Made by a program: the position numbers and the translations under genes
Notes under the pieces: generated by a model
The model's input: only the letters and a program-made list of their open reading frames with translations
Told to the model about the DNA's origin: nothing
Databases searched by the model: none
Shown: one piece after another, positions 14,018 through 24,989 of the stretch
How the letters are laid out: every line of letters starts with the position of its first letter
Numbering within the stretch: position 1 is the first letter of the stretch
From: Octopus vulgaris
Taxonomy: Eukaryota
DNA length: 64,000 nucleotides
Reading direction: 5' to 3'
Assembly: GCA_951406725.2 (NCBI GenBank)
Contig: OX597815.1
Coordinates: forward strand, 102,920,001-102,984,000

Positions 14018-14557
14018 TAGCCAAGTCGGGACAGATATTTTTCACGAGGCATTCCTCTTGCTACCTCGGCAATATCTGACCTAAAATTTTCAAATCGTCG
14101 CACTCGCGCCAAATTTATCGGCAGCAAATAAATATAAGCCACCGATTCCATTACGGAACTAACCAGAAAATTCATAATTAATCAATATAGGGTGGCAAAA
14201 AAATTTTGTAGAATTCTTTTGCCACCAGCGGCCTAGTGGGAAAAAATTAAATAGTCATAAACCATTTTTAAGTTCAACATAACAATCAAGGAACGGCCAT
14301 AATAGGCCATTCACCAGCGGCCTAGTGGGAAAAAATTAAATAGTCATAAATGGCAAAAGAATTCTACAAAATATTTTTGCCACCCTATATTGATTAATTA
14401 TGAATTTTCTGGTTAGTTCCGTAATGGAATCGGTGGCTTATATTTATTTGCTGCCGATAAATTTGGCGCGAGTGCGACGATTTGAAAATTTTAGGTCAGA
14501 TATTGCCGAGGTAGCAAGAGGAATGCCTCGTGAAAAATATCTGTCCCGACTTGGCTA

Positions 14558-14662
14558 TTTCTTACTGATGAGTCTAAGGGCCTATGGTGGATTGGCTTGA
14601 TTTAATTTAATCAGGTTAGTTTACCATTAAACGGTAGATGAAACGGTGCATCGTCTAAGAAA
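14558..14662 (+). ncRNA. Type I hammerhead ribozyme (copy 3)
   Basis: Stem I UUUCUUA/UAAGAAA; core CUGAUGA (14565-14571); stem II GUCUA/UAGAU enclosing a long hairpin; GAAA (14640-14643); stem III ACGG-UGCA-UCGU; predicted cleavage GUC^ after 14655. Confidence 0.85.
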
Positions 14663-15047
14663 TTACAGGGTAAATGTTTTTCAATTTTCTCCTGGTTTAC
14701 GGAATTAATGTTATTTTGCGGTTAAAGCTTTTGGCTGTTATTTCTAGTGGGTGAATGGCCTATTATGGCCGTTCCTTGATTGTTATGTTGAACTTAAAAA
14801 TGGTTTATGACTATTTAATTTTTTCCCACTAGGCCGCTGGTGGCAAAAGAATTCTACAAAATTTTTTTGCCACCCTATATTGATTAATTATGAATTTTCT
14901 GGTTAGTTCCGTAATGGAATCGGTGGCTTATATTTATTTGCTGCCGATAAATTTGGCGCGAGTGCGACGATTTGAAAATTTTAGGTCAGATATTGCCGAG
15001 GTAGCAAGAGGAATGCCTCGTGAAAAATATCTGTCCCGACTTGGCTA

Positions 15048-15152
15048 TTTCTTACTGATGAGTCTAAGGGCCTATGGTGGATTGGCTTGATTTAATTTAA
15101 TCAGGTTAGTTTACCATTAAACGGTAGATGAAACGGTGCATCGTCTAAGAAA
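15048..15152 (+). ncRNA. Type I hammerhead ribozyme (copy 4)
   Basis: Identical to 14558-14662, offset +490. Confidence 0.85.
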
Positions 15153-15537
15153 TTACAGGGTAAATGTTTTTCAATTTTCTTCTGGTTTACGGAATTAATG
15201 TTATTTTGCGGTTAAAGCTTTTGGCTGTTATTTCTAGTGGGTGAATGGCCTATTATGGCCGTTCCTTGATTGTTATGTTGAACTTAAAAATGGTTTATGA
15301 CTATTTAATTTTTTCCCACTAGGCCGCTGGTGGCAAAAGAATTCTACAAAATTTTTTTGCCACCCTATATTGATTAATTATGAATTTTCTGGTTAGTTCC
15401 GTAATGGAATCGGTGGCTTATATTTATTTGCTGCCGATAAATTTGGCGCGAGTGCGACGATTTGAAAATTTTAGGTCAGATATTGCCGAGGTAGCAAGAG
15501 GAATGCCTCGTGAAAAATATCTGTCCCGACTTGGCTA

Positions 15538-15642
15538 TTTCTTACTGATGAGTCTAAGGGCCTATGGTGGATTGGCTTGATTTAATTTAATCAGGTTAGT
15601 TTACCATTAAACGGTAGATGAAACGGTGCATCGTCTAAGAAA
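15538..15642 (+). ncRNA. Type I hammerhead ribozyme (copy 5)
   Basis: Identical to 14558-14662, offset +980. Confidence 0.85.
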
Positions 15643-15762
15643 TTACAGGGTAAATGTTTTTCAATTTTCTTCTGGTTTACGGAATTAATGTTATTTTGCG
15701 GTTAAAGCTTTTGGCTGTTATTTCTAGTGGGTGAATGGCCTATTATGGCCGTTCCTTGATTG

Positions 15763-15795
<33 letters not shown>

Positions 15796-15796
<1 letters not shown>

Positions 15797-17853
15797 CAAA
15801 GTGGAGTTGTAGGGTACCGCACGAGTGGAATTATATACGAAAGAAGGTTTGAAAATGCAATTTTAAAAGATGTTTATTTACTTTACCGGTTTCACTCTTT
15901 GGAAAAAGATTGTCAAAAGCAACATGTAGAAGTTTGGTTGCGTTAATTATTGGTTGTTACAAAATGCTACATTACATATATACAGGTTTTGGTAACAAGG
16001 ACATGTTAAGGACATAAAAAAGTTTAACAAGTTCCTTAAAATATTGGGCACAAAAGATTACAACATAAATAATCATTCTCAAGAATATTATTAGTTCGAA
16101 AAGGTTTACATTATAATAGTAGGGAAGCTAAAACTGACCTATCCACCATGTTAACGTAAAATAATATTATCTATTTCAAGGGACACTGTAGATGTGTTTG
16201 GGTGGGGGGAAGGACGAGTAATGTGGAACTGAAACGAATTTTTCATTTTTGTCTCTCCTTCAAGCATCAATGATTTGGGGGATTGGCTTTAGAGGTCAGA
16301 ATGGTTTGGGTGAGTGTGTCTTTGTGTGTGTATATACATAAGTGGTGTGAATAGATGTGTCTGTGTGTTTGTAAACTCTGGTAGGATGGTATGTATATGT
16401 GTGCCCGTTTATCAACCGTGTGTGTGATTGTCTTGGTGTTGTGTGTGTGTGTATGTATGTGTGTAATTGGCATTTGGCATGGTGCTGTGTGTATATGTGT
16501 GTCTGTATGGAGGTCAGAATGGTGTGAGTGTGTGTGTGTGTATATATGTGTATACATGTGTTTGTGTGTGGGGGCTGTTTTTGATTGGTCCCAGGGTCCA
16601 TTGTGGTGTAAATAGATGTGTATTTTTTAAAAATGTGGTAGGATGGTGTGTGTACATGTGTGCCCGTTTGTGTGTGTGTGTATATGTGTGTGGTTAGTGT
16701 TTGTTAGTGTGTTGCGTGTGCGTTAGTGTGTATGTGTTTGTTCGTATGTGTGTCCATGTCTGTTGGGTATATCCGTGTGGCGTGTTTGTGTTGGTAATGA
16801 TTATGTGTTTGTGTGTGTGCGTATATATGGTGCGAGTGTGTGTGTCTTTGTGTGTGTGTATATATACATATACATATGTTTGTGTTTGTGTGTGTGTGTA
16901 TGAATGTGCATGATTGGTATTTGTCATGGTGCTGTGTGTGCGCACGTGTGTGTCTGTATGGGGGTCAAAGCGGTGTGAGTGTATATATATATATATGTAT
17001 AGATATACACATGTCTTTGTGTGTGTGGGCCGTTTTTGATTGGCCCCAGGGTCCATTGTAGTGTAAATAGATGTGTGTTTTTAAGATTTGGTAGGAAAGT
17101 GTGTGTATATATGTGCCCATTTGTGTGTGCGTGTATTTGTGTGTGTTGTGTATGTGTGTGGTTAATGTCTGTTAGTGTGTTGCGTGTGTGATAGTGTGTG
17201 TATGTGTTTGTTCGTATGTCTGTCCATGTGTGTTGGGTTTGTCTGGGTGGCGTGTGTGTGTTTATGCGTTTTGTGTGTGTTGGTATTGAGTATGTGTTTG
17301 TGTGTGTGCGTATATATGGTGCGGGTGTGTGTGTCTTTGTGTGTTTGTTTTGGATGTGTGCCTAGGGGCATGTTAGAGTATGTTTAGTTGTGGTCTGAAT
17401 TTTTGAATAAGATTATTTTCCCTATATTTGCCCAATATTTCAATGAACTTGTTAAACTATTTTATGTTCTTAACTTGCTCTTGTCACCAAAGAATGTATA
17501 TATATGTATTGTAGTAGTCTGTGTCAACCAATATTCTGTGCCTGCTTGAATATACAGATACAATACCAATATCCCACTGAACTTTTTAATAATTCCTTCT
17601 GGAAACTATCTTTAACATGTTCTTGAGAATGATTATTTATGCCCAATATCTTAAGGAACTTGTTAAACTTTTTTTATGTCCTTAACATGTCCTTGTTACC
17701 AAAGACTGTATATATGTAATGTAGCATTTTGTAACAACCAATAATTAACGCAACCAAACTTCTACATGTTGCTTTTGACAATCTTTTTTCCAAAGAGTGA
17801 AACCGGTAAAATAAATAAACATCTTTTAAAATTGCATTTTCAAACCTTCTTTC

Positions 17854-17860
<7 letters not shown>
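15796..17860. mobile_element. Penelope-like derivative with ~250-bp inverted repeats (15832-16085 / 17620-17860), inserted in (TA)n
   Basis: The inverted repeat pair is directly visible. The minus strand at 17385-17430 reads KYRENNLIQKFRPQLN, like a Penelope GIY-YIG C-terminus. Interior is TG-rich. Confidence 0.7.
16290..17350. repeat. Degenerate TG-rich tandem duplication, period ~455-470 bp
   Basis: GATTGG(T/C)CCCAGGGTCCATTG at ~16583 and ~17038; GTTAGTGTGTTGCGTGTG at ~16702 and ~17171. Confidence 0.75.
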
Positions 17861-17891
<31 letters not shown>

Positions 17892-18030
17892 TCACAAATA
17901 TAATGGATACCCAGGGGAAGCAACGAAACGTCATTAAATTTTTGACAAATGTGTAGGCCGGCTACAGTACGCTTACACATTTGGGTACGGAGTGGTTCAC
18001 AGTGGTATGTACAGCTAGATGAATTATTTT

Positions 18031-18180
18031 GAAGAAGAAGAAGAAGAAGAAGAAGAAGAAGAAGAAGAAGAAGAAGAAGAAGAAGAAGAAGAAGAAGAAG
18101 AAGAAGAAGAAGAAGAAGAAGAAGAAGAAGAAGAAGAAGAAGAAGAAGAAGAAGAAGAAGAAGAAGAAGAAGAAGAAGAA
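18031..18180. repeat. (GAA)50 perfect microsatellite
   Basis: Direct. Confidence 0.95.
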
Positions 18181-18509
18181 ACTAACTTTTTTTATGAACC
18201 GCACAGTGTGAGAATCATCAACCGCAGTCCCTGGCAAGAATATTCAGAGCGACGGCTAATTGTTTAACGGGGATTGAGAAGTCACAAATCGTGAACTTGC
18301 AGCACAACTGAGACTTAGTCAGAACGTATTTCAAAAGATGGTCTAAGAATTCAGGCATCAGAAAAGTATGCAAACTGGGTAACTCGGCAGTATACGTCAA
18401 ATTTTAAGGTGAGAAATTCGGAAGGCCGCATTGATTTGTTGGAAGCGTTTTAGGTTCCGTCCATTCTGATAACGGGTGTTTAGGAGCCACAAACTGAAGC
18501 TCAGTGTGC

Positions 18510-18591
<82 letters not shown>

Positions 18592-19044
18592 AAGAGTGAA
18601 AGAGAGAAGGGGCAAATATATTAAATATATCAAATGTTAAAATTAACATTGAAGTATGACAAGTTCAGCCTAACAACTTACCACCTCAACTAATACCACT
18701 TTTCTTATTAAACTATTCCTTCCCATTGTTAATTTTTCAAATTCCTCTAATCCACCACTTCCAGCCTCCATCATAGCCTCCCCATCCTCACAAGGAGTAT
18801 TCTTTACTTTCTCTCATTTTCCCATTTCAACCAAAAGCATTTAATACAACCACACCCAAAAGGAAGCTGACCTTTCAAACTATTCAATTTTATACACCCC
18901 TGCATACCACAGTATTCACACTCCAATACCAAAATACATTCATTATTCTATTAACCACTTCTATCTTGAATACCAACTCATTCCCCACCCGCTCCATCTC
19001 CCTCTATCTTCTCTCATACCTTTCTGCGCACACCATGTGTAGAC

Positions 19045-20848
19045 TCAGCTGGCGGCACTTCCGTGCCTGTAGGGTTTATCTCGAACTGACAGTACCCCTC
19101 GGCAGTACTGCCAGGCCACGGATCTCTGGAAGTTATCCATAAGCACCGGCTCGAAAGTTCTTCGAAACAGACCGGTTAGTTGATCTTCATCGATGCCCAG
19201 AGTTTTCCCGAGAACGTCGTCGCACTTTTCCGCCACTAGCCTTTTATAGAACGCTAGGGTAGAACTAACATCGACCGCATTGCCCGAATGGCTGTGAGCG
19301 CTTGTCGACACTCACGGTGCCAAGCGCCCCTCTTCAGTCTACGCCAAATCCTGGACTGCAGCTCAGTCAAAGAGACGAGCTGTGGGAAAGTTAGTCTAAC
19401 AAACGGTGACCACACCTGCTCATCGTCAAGGAAACGCTGGAGATGCCGTAGCCTGAGCGCATGTCTGCACCTCAGCAACCAAGGCATACCAAATTATCCA
19501 TTCAGCAGCTGTTGACAGCAGTAGGAGCGCCTGATCAGTGGAATCTGCTCCTTCCACAGAAAGCGGAGGAGTAAGCGCACAACCAGCAACCGGGGCAAAG
19601 GACGACGGTCAAGCGGTTATAGATGACGGATGCGATGTACGCTTTCGTCACCTCGGCTCGACTTTTCAGGGACAGCTTCCCCTCGGCCTCGTCACAGGAC
19701 AGGCAACCAACCACGAAATGTCTAATTCTGGTGGCACATCTGATATTTAACTTCCACCCACTCCGTGCAAGGTATGTTGGAAGGAGAAAAAGAGCCTCGT
19801 GTTTTCCCTGGACCTTTGAGTATTTTTGGGCCATTGCCTCTGTGAGGATCCTCACTTCCACAGAACCACATTGTCTCCCTTGTGTGAGGAAATCGATATC
19901 GGTTAAAAAGCTCTTCAATCACTTTTCTACTTGGATGTGTGACGCAGTGAAGATTTTCCTCATCTTTAGCGACACACATCTATATACGATGATCCTTCTG
20001 GCCATCTTCTTTAAATCTGTAGGGATAGCAAGCTTGGTTTTCTTATACCCTCTATTGAGGAGATTTTCCTATTTGCTCAGGTACACATATTTTCCTTCCA
20101 GGGAGATTTGTTCCTGCAATTTTGTTACTCCTGCAAAGGAGTTGTTTTTATCGGTACTGTTATTGTTGGTGTTGATTATATCGTTTTTGATGCTGGTGTT
20201 GTTCCTGTTGTTAGTTGGAGCCAAAGCGATGCTTTTATTTCTGATGATATTCATGTCGTTGACCGAAGCAGCCAAGCTACTTACTAATGGAGGGAAATCA
20301 TTTATATCGAAGCTGGGCTGCTTACTTGTTTCTCCTGTCAAAGCTTTGTTATTGTTGTTGCCTCTTGCTGTCACTGTTGCTGTTAAAGAAATTTGTTGCT
20401 CCTACAGTTGCTTTTGTTGTTGTTCGTAGTGGTAGTGGCAGAGGGATGATGGCAGTGGTGTTAGAGTTGTTGTTGTTTGTGATTGGGATGGTCATCTTGC
20501 CTGCTTGTTTGTCTAGTAGTCATGTCAACAGGCGAAGTCCAGTCACCCTCTCTCATTTTTGTAGCAGGACACTCCTCTGTAATCGACGACTGAAACTTCC
20601 TCCAAATTATTCGCTGCTGCTATTGAGCAATGTTCTGAATAAAAGAATAAAAGCTGGAATAAATTTGATAAAACTCTCAAGAAATAGAGGGACTTTTAAC
20701 CAAAAGGGAACTCACCACCAGAAGAAGGATCCCTTAATCTCCACTTTGGTTGAAAATGACAGGAAAGCACCACTATTTTCCGGAGAATCTGACGATTTTC
20801 GAAAACAAAATACGGTGCCGAGATCAAGGAAGGCTTCCTCGGCTAACA
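19045..20848 (-). mobile_element. Internally deleted L1/Tx1-like LINE (5' UTR + ORF1 N-half fused to ORF2 C-terminus)
   Basis: 20848-19700 is homologous to 57955-59040 (5' UTR, ORF1 TDIDFLT.G). 19680-19045 is homologous to ORF2 3' of 8225-9592 (LSLKSRAEV, AWQYCRGVLSVRDK). Confidence 0.75.
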
Positions 20849-21400
20849 GCCGGGGGCTGCGAAATTTTTTTGCCACGAGAGTCCTGTACCCCAGTTATGA
20901 ACTCATTTGTATACAACCATTCAGAGCTCAACTATCAAACTAATTTATGAGCGCATAACAAGTGATGGGCGATAAGATAGGGTCGCCTGGGTAAGGAATG
21001 ACCATGCTTCTTTTCTCTTTTAATAATGCTTCTTGTTCTTGTTATTGTTTCAACCATGGCTGCCTCTGTGTAGTTATTTGTGTTGTATCGGGCTACTAGC
21101 ACAACATACTCTCCCCACATTTACCCCATCTTCATCTTTACTATATGGGGCCCTAACAAAATACGATAATAGTCATAGATGCAAATTTGTCTAATTACTT
21201 GTCTCCTAAAATCAAGCATAACAGATTGGTTGTTTTTAACACATTCACGAATATTATGCTGAGCTTTGCGTCTAGGCATAATCTGAGATCTGAACGGTGA
21301 AAACAAAGTCAAGGTGAGCTCTGATTGGCTGTATGTAAACGAGTTCATTTCTGGGGTCCGTAACTCTCGTGAGAAAAGAAATTTCGCAGCCGAGGCCCGG
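20848..21400. mobile_element. MITE / non-autonomous DNA transposon with ~90-bp imperfect terminal inverted repeats
   Basis: GGCTGCGAAATTT..CACGAGAGT..ACCCCAG..ATGAACTC..CAGAGCTCA (20855-20930) is mirrored at 21315-21392. Confidence 0.7.
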
Positions 21401-21404
21401 TCGT

Positions 21405-22935
21405 AATCCAGCAACTGCTAGCCATGCTACAAGACATAAGAGGAGCAAACAATTAAACGTGATGGTTATGGAGTGTTACTACCGGGGCGCCTGGGTGGAA
21501 AAAGATCGGTGTAAGTGTGAAGGTCGAACACCTACAAAAATTAGTTGCTGACTAGATAAGGGGCTACTCCACCCAAAAAGTGACACAGACTGTATATACC
21601 AAGAAAAAGAGGGGGAACAGGAATGATTGGATGCGAACACATCTGATAGATTTCTGATAGATTTCTTAATACAGACTGTAAGAGTCTTCAGCAAAGATAT
21701 AGGCATGGAATTTTGCATAGATAAGTGTGCAATATTAGTCACGAGAAAGGGACACGTAGTCAACAGCGAAGGCATACAATTACCAGATTGATGGTCAGAC
21801 ATTAAAATCATTGAAAGGAGGACAGTTATAAGTATCTAGGAGTATTAGCATTAGGGTACTAACTACAGAAATGAAAACGAAAACTGAAACGGCGTACATC
21901 AGAAGGATGAGCAAGCTAATGAAGTCAAAGCTAAATGGTCCGAATCTAGGGAAGGCTGTAAATACTTGGACAGTATCATTACTTAGATACTCAGCAGCTT
22001 TTGTAGATTAGACAAAAACTGAATGAGCAAAGCTAGACAGAAGAAGTAGGAAAGAATTCAATATGAATGGCGGACTCCAACCGAAATGGTTAATATCAGT
22101 AGAAGACTGCGTGGAGTTACAGTAGATATAGACTAATATGTAGGTAATAGTAAAGAAAGTTTATTAAAAGTTACTAGAGTCACAGCAAGACATAGGGAAA
22201 CCAAAACATCAAATGAAGTTAAAAACGAGAAAAAAGAACAAAACTTATCTGATTGGCAGGAGAAGGAGTTGCGTGATAGATTCCCAAAGATAGTTTCAGC
22301 AAATAGTTGTAGTGGGACATGTTTATGGTTGCAGAAAGCACAAGGTTGAGCATTAAGGACTAATTCAATAAAATCTAAGATAGACAAAAACCAAGTTGAT
22401 TCCTAATGTAGATTATGCAAATCAAAAAAAGGGAAGTGTTATTCACATAGTAAGTAAATGTAGCATGCTGGCACAGAAAGAATACAAGAGAAAATATGAC
22501 TATATACGGAAAGTAATTCACTGGGATCTGTGTAGAAAGCTAAGATTTACCCATACTGATAAATGGTATGAACATAAACCTAGTAAAGTACTAGAAAGTA
22601 AGAAATATTAGATGTTGTAGGACTTCAACATTCAGACTGACAGAGTAATAGAAGCTAGAAGGTGATTTGGTAGTAGTAGAAGATAAAGTGAATAGAAGGT
22701 GACGGTTAATTGACTTTGGAGTCCTAAATAATGAAAGCATTATATGAGAAGTACAGAAAAAATGACATAGTACCAGGACCTAGCTATTGAATTACAGAGA
22801 CTATGGGAAGTGCATTGGGAACTATCCCTAAAAATCTGGACAGATGGGTAGAGGAAATAGGCATAAAACTCAGTTTAGTACAGCTGCAGTAAACCGCTAG
22901 AATACTTTGGAGTGTTCTTGGCATCGAAGGTTACT
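21405..22935 (+). mobile_element. Dong/R4-type LINE, degenerate
   Basis: RT C-terminus homologous to 7000-7510; zinc-knuckle region HIVSKCSMLAQKEYKRK..IHWDLC; REL region DFNIQTDRVIEARR; (TAA)n downstream at 23057-23117. Confidence 0.8.
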
Positions 22936-23055
22936 TAGGGTAACCCGATAAGGTCAATTGTTGTAAGTCCGATAGGAGGGTTCTTGACACCTAATTTTAC
23001 TTGTTATTGCCCGATGTTAGGATTTTTTCTTTCTCAACAATCTAATCCGTTAAGT

Positions 23056-23117
<62 letters not shown>

Positions 23118-23465
23118 TGTCTTGTCTTGGGGAAAAAGATGGGTTACAGCAAACATTCTGTTTAATACCACAGATTTGCTTGTCAGTTGTTTGACCTTAA
23201 CCAGTTGAGCATGTCCTTTAGTGGCTGACGATATGCGCATTTCTGATCAAGAGCAGAAGTAGTGGGGAGCATCATAACCACGTGTTCAGAGGAATTGTTT
23301 TGGTGCTTGGATAATTCACCTCTGGAAACATGGATGTTGAGTTCAACATCCTTAAGGGACCTAACCTAAGAGCGTGATGGGATACTTGACCTGAACAAAA
23401 TTCTTACTAGGCTCCACCTTCAAGGTCATGAGCTGTTTATCTTGATATGATATCGCTATGTCCGC
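23118..23465 (-). mobile_element. TAA-associated non-coding interspersed repeat (same family as 46112-46670)
   Basis: Reverse complement aligns to ~46240-46595 (CTCATATCAAGATAAACAG, GGTCAAACAACTGACAAGCAAATCTGTGGTATT). Confidence 0.75.
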
Positions 23466-24989
23466 TTTCGAATCGATGTTCAGCAGAAAATGTGGTTTCC
23501 AAATGTGATGTTATAACGGAGACCAATGCTCATAACTACATCGGCTCCTCCGTAAACCTCAAGGGGCACTTACACAAGCACTTTTCATCTTTTAAAAAGT
23601 TAAATTTGATTTAAGTAGGGACATCATTAGGGTTGCTAAACAGTACCCAATCACTAGATATAGATGCAGGCTTTGCTGCATGGAGCTATCTGAACTTTTA
23701 AGGAGATTTAGTAGTGAAAATTTACTAAATAATAAACTAGACCTTTGTATTTCCTGTATACATAAGGCTACCGGCACGTTCAAATGCTTTAAAGACATTA
23801 AAGAACCTGTATTATAGCCCCCAGCCAAGGTCCAATGCAATTTACTCCCTCCTTCGCTAACTCTTAGCCTATCGATCTACCCATTCGTTTCTGAGCCCCC
23901 CTAGTCTCATTTTTCCCTTCACAAATAACTTCTCCACTCTTACTATACTTGCTTAGTATGCTATATGGAAGGAACTAACCATTCTATCTGTAATGTACGT
24001 GGTATTATGCAATAGCGATGACAATAACACTTAACTTCTATTAACCGTTTTGCACACCTTAGTTCGTTTCCATTTCTACTATTTAAGTACTCCGTACACC
24101 AACATACAGTTTTGGGCAGCGCTTATTATATATTAGATAGAACATCTATCCAAACCTCGTACATACGACTATTGTGTTCTGTTGCTTCGCCTGATTCACA
24201 CAAAAATGATTATACCATCCAATTTAGATATCAAGATTCCATAGTTAATCATTAGACTACTCCCCGTCGCTGGCCTCCCTGAATCCGATTTTCTATTTCC
24301 TCTTATCCCTAACTAGGTATATTTCATTATATAACCCCATCCTACTTTCAATTTTTAATTTTTAAATTTTAACTTTTAAACTCCTTATTGACAGGTAGCA
24401 CTCTACTTTACTATAACTTTAATTCCATAAGTTTGATATTATTTGATGGACCCCGTACTCTCCACACCCCCACTTCCAACCAATATCAACCGAATACCAC
24501 TAAATTGCTGTTTCTCTATCCCTCTCCTCTGATCATTTACCATTATCAAGCGACTCCCATATCCCGACCACATACATAATCGGCTCGTATGCCTTTATTT
24601 TTCGTTTCTTTTTCTTTCACCCTTACGTTTGATTTATTTATCTTCTCTCTTTCCCCATATCCTTGATTGTTTTGTTATCCCCTCCTTACTTACCACAACC
24701 CATAGCTCACCATGATAAATTTCTCCTGTATTCCACTCCAGTTTACCCATGATCTAGTCTAGCAGACTCCTTCTCATCCAAGTCACTGACCTTAGATATA
24801 AGATTACACACTTTAATGAACTACATTCTTAACCTAAGCTGCCAACATAGTTGCTTATTCTCCCATTCATAACAGGCCTCGACAGACATATCCCTGCCGT
24901 ATTCATGGATATTCTTTTGTTTTGTAAAATTTATTCTCATCTGATGTTTACAGTCTTTTATAATGATGTAATGCTCTCACTCTTCTATT

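Larger units (their letters stand above)
13196..15766. mobile_element. Palindromic tandem array of ~490-bp hammerhead-containing units (retrozyme / Penelope terminal-repeat-like)
   Basis: The same 66-aa pseudo-ORF recurs at 489/490-bp spacing. Left arm 13196-14315 (sense on minus) and right arm 14351-15766 (sense on plus), with (TA)n on both sides. Confidence 0.85.

Noticed and set aside
14400-14600. 66-aa ORF repeated five times in the array
   Set aside because: No recognisable domain, it overlaps the ribozyme core, and its identity just reflects repeat identity. The 490-nt unit is not a multiple of 3, so there is no simple rolling ORF.
13196-15766. CRISPR-like array or tandem gene cluster
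   Set aside because: Units are wholly identical with no unique spacers, and the context is eukaryotic.
18019-18267. Poly-E/K/F ORFs (also poly-S/E at 49360-49627, and many YI/CV/HT-repeat ORFs)
   Set aside because: Translations of microsatellites.
19623-20943. Longest ORFs in the window (268 aa and 218 aa, plus strand)
   Set aside because: Antisense to the A-rich LINE ORF1 and 5' UTR, so they are shadow ORFs.
23570-24400. Possible ancient Penelope RT relic (similar hints at 44700-45600, 53600-54250 and 56150-56600)
   Set aside because: Motif traces too degraded to support without a profile search.
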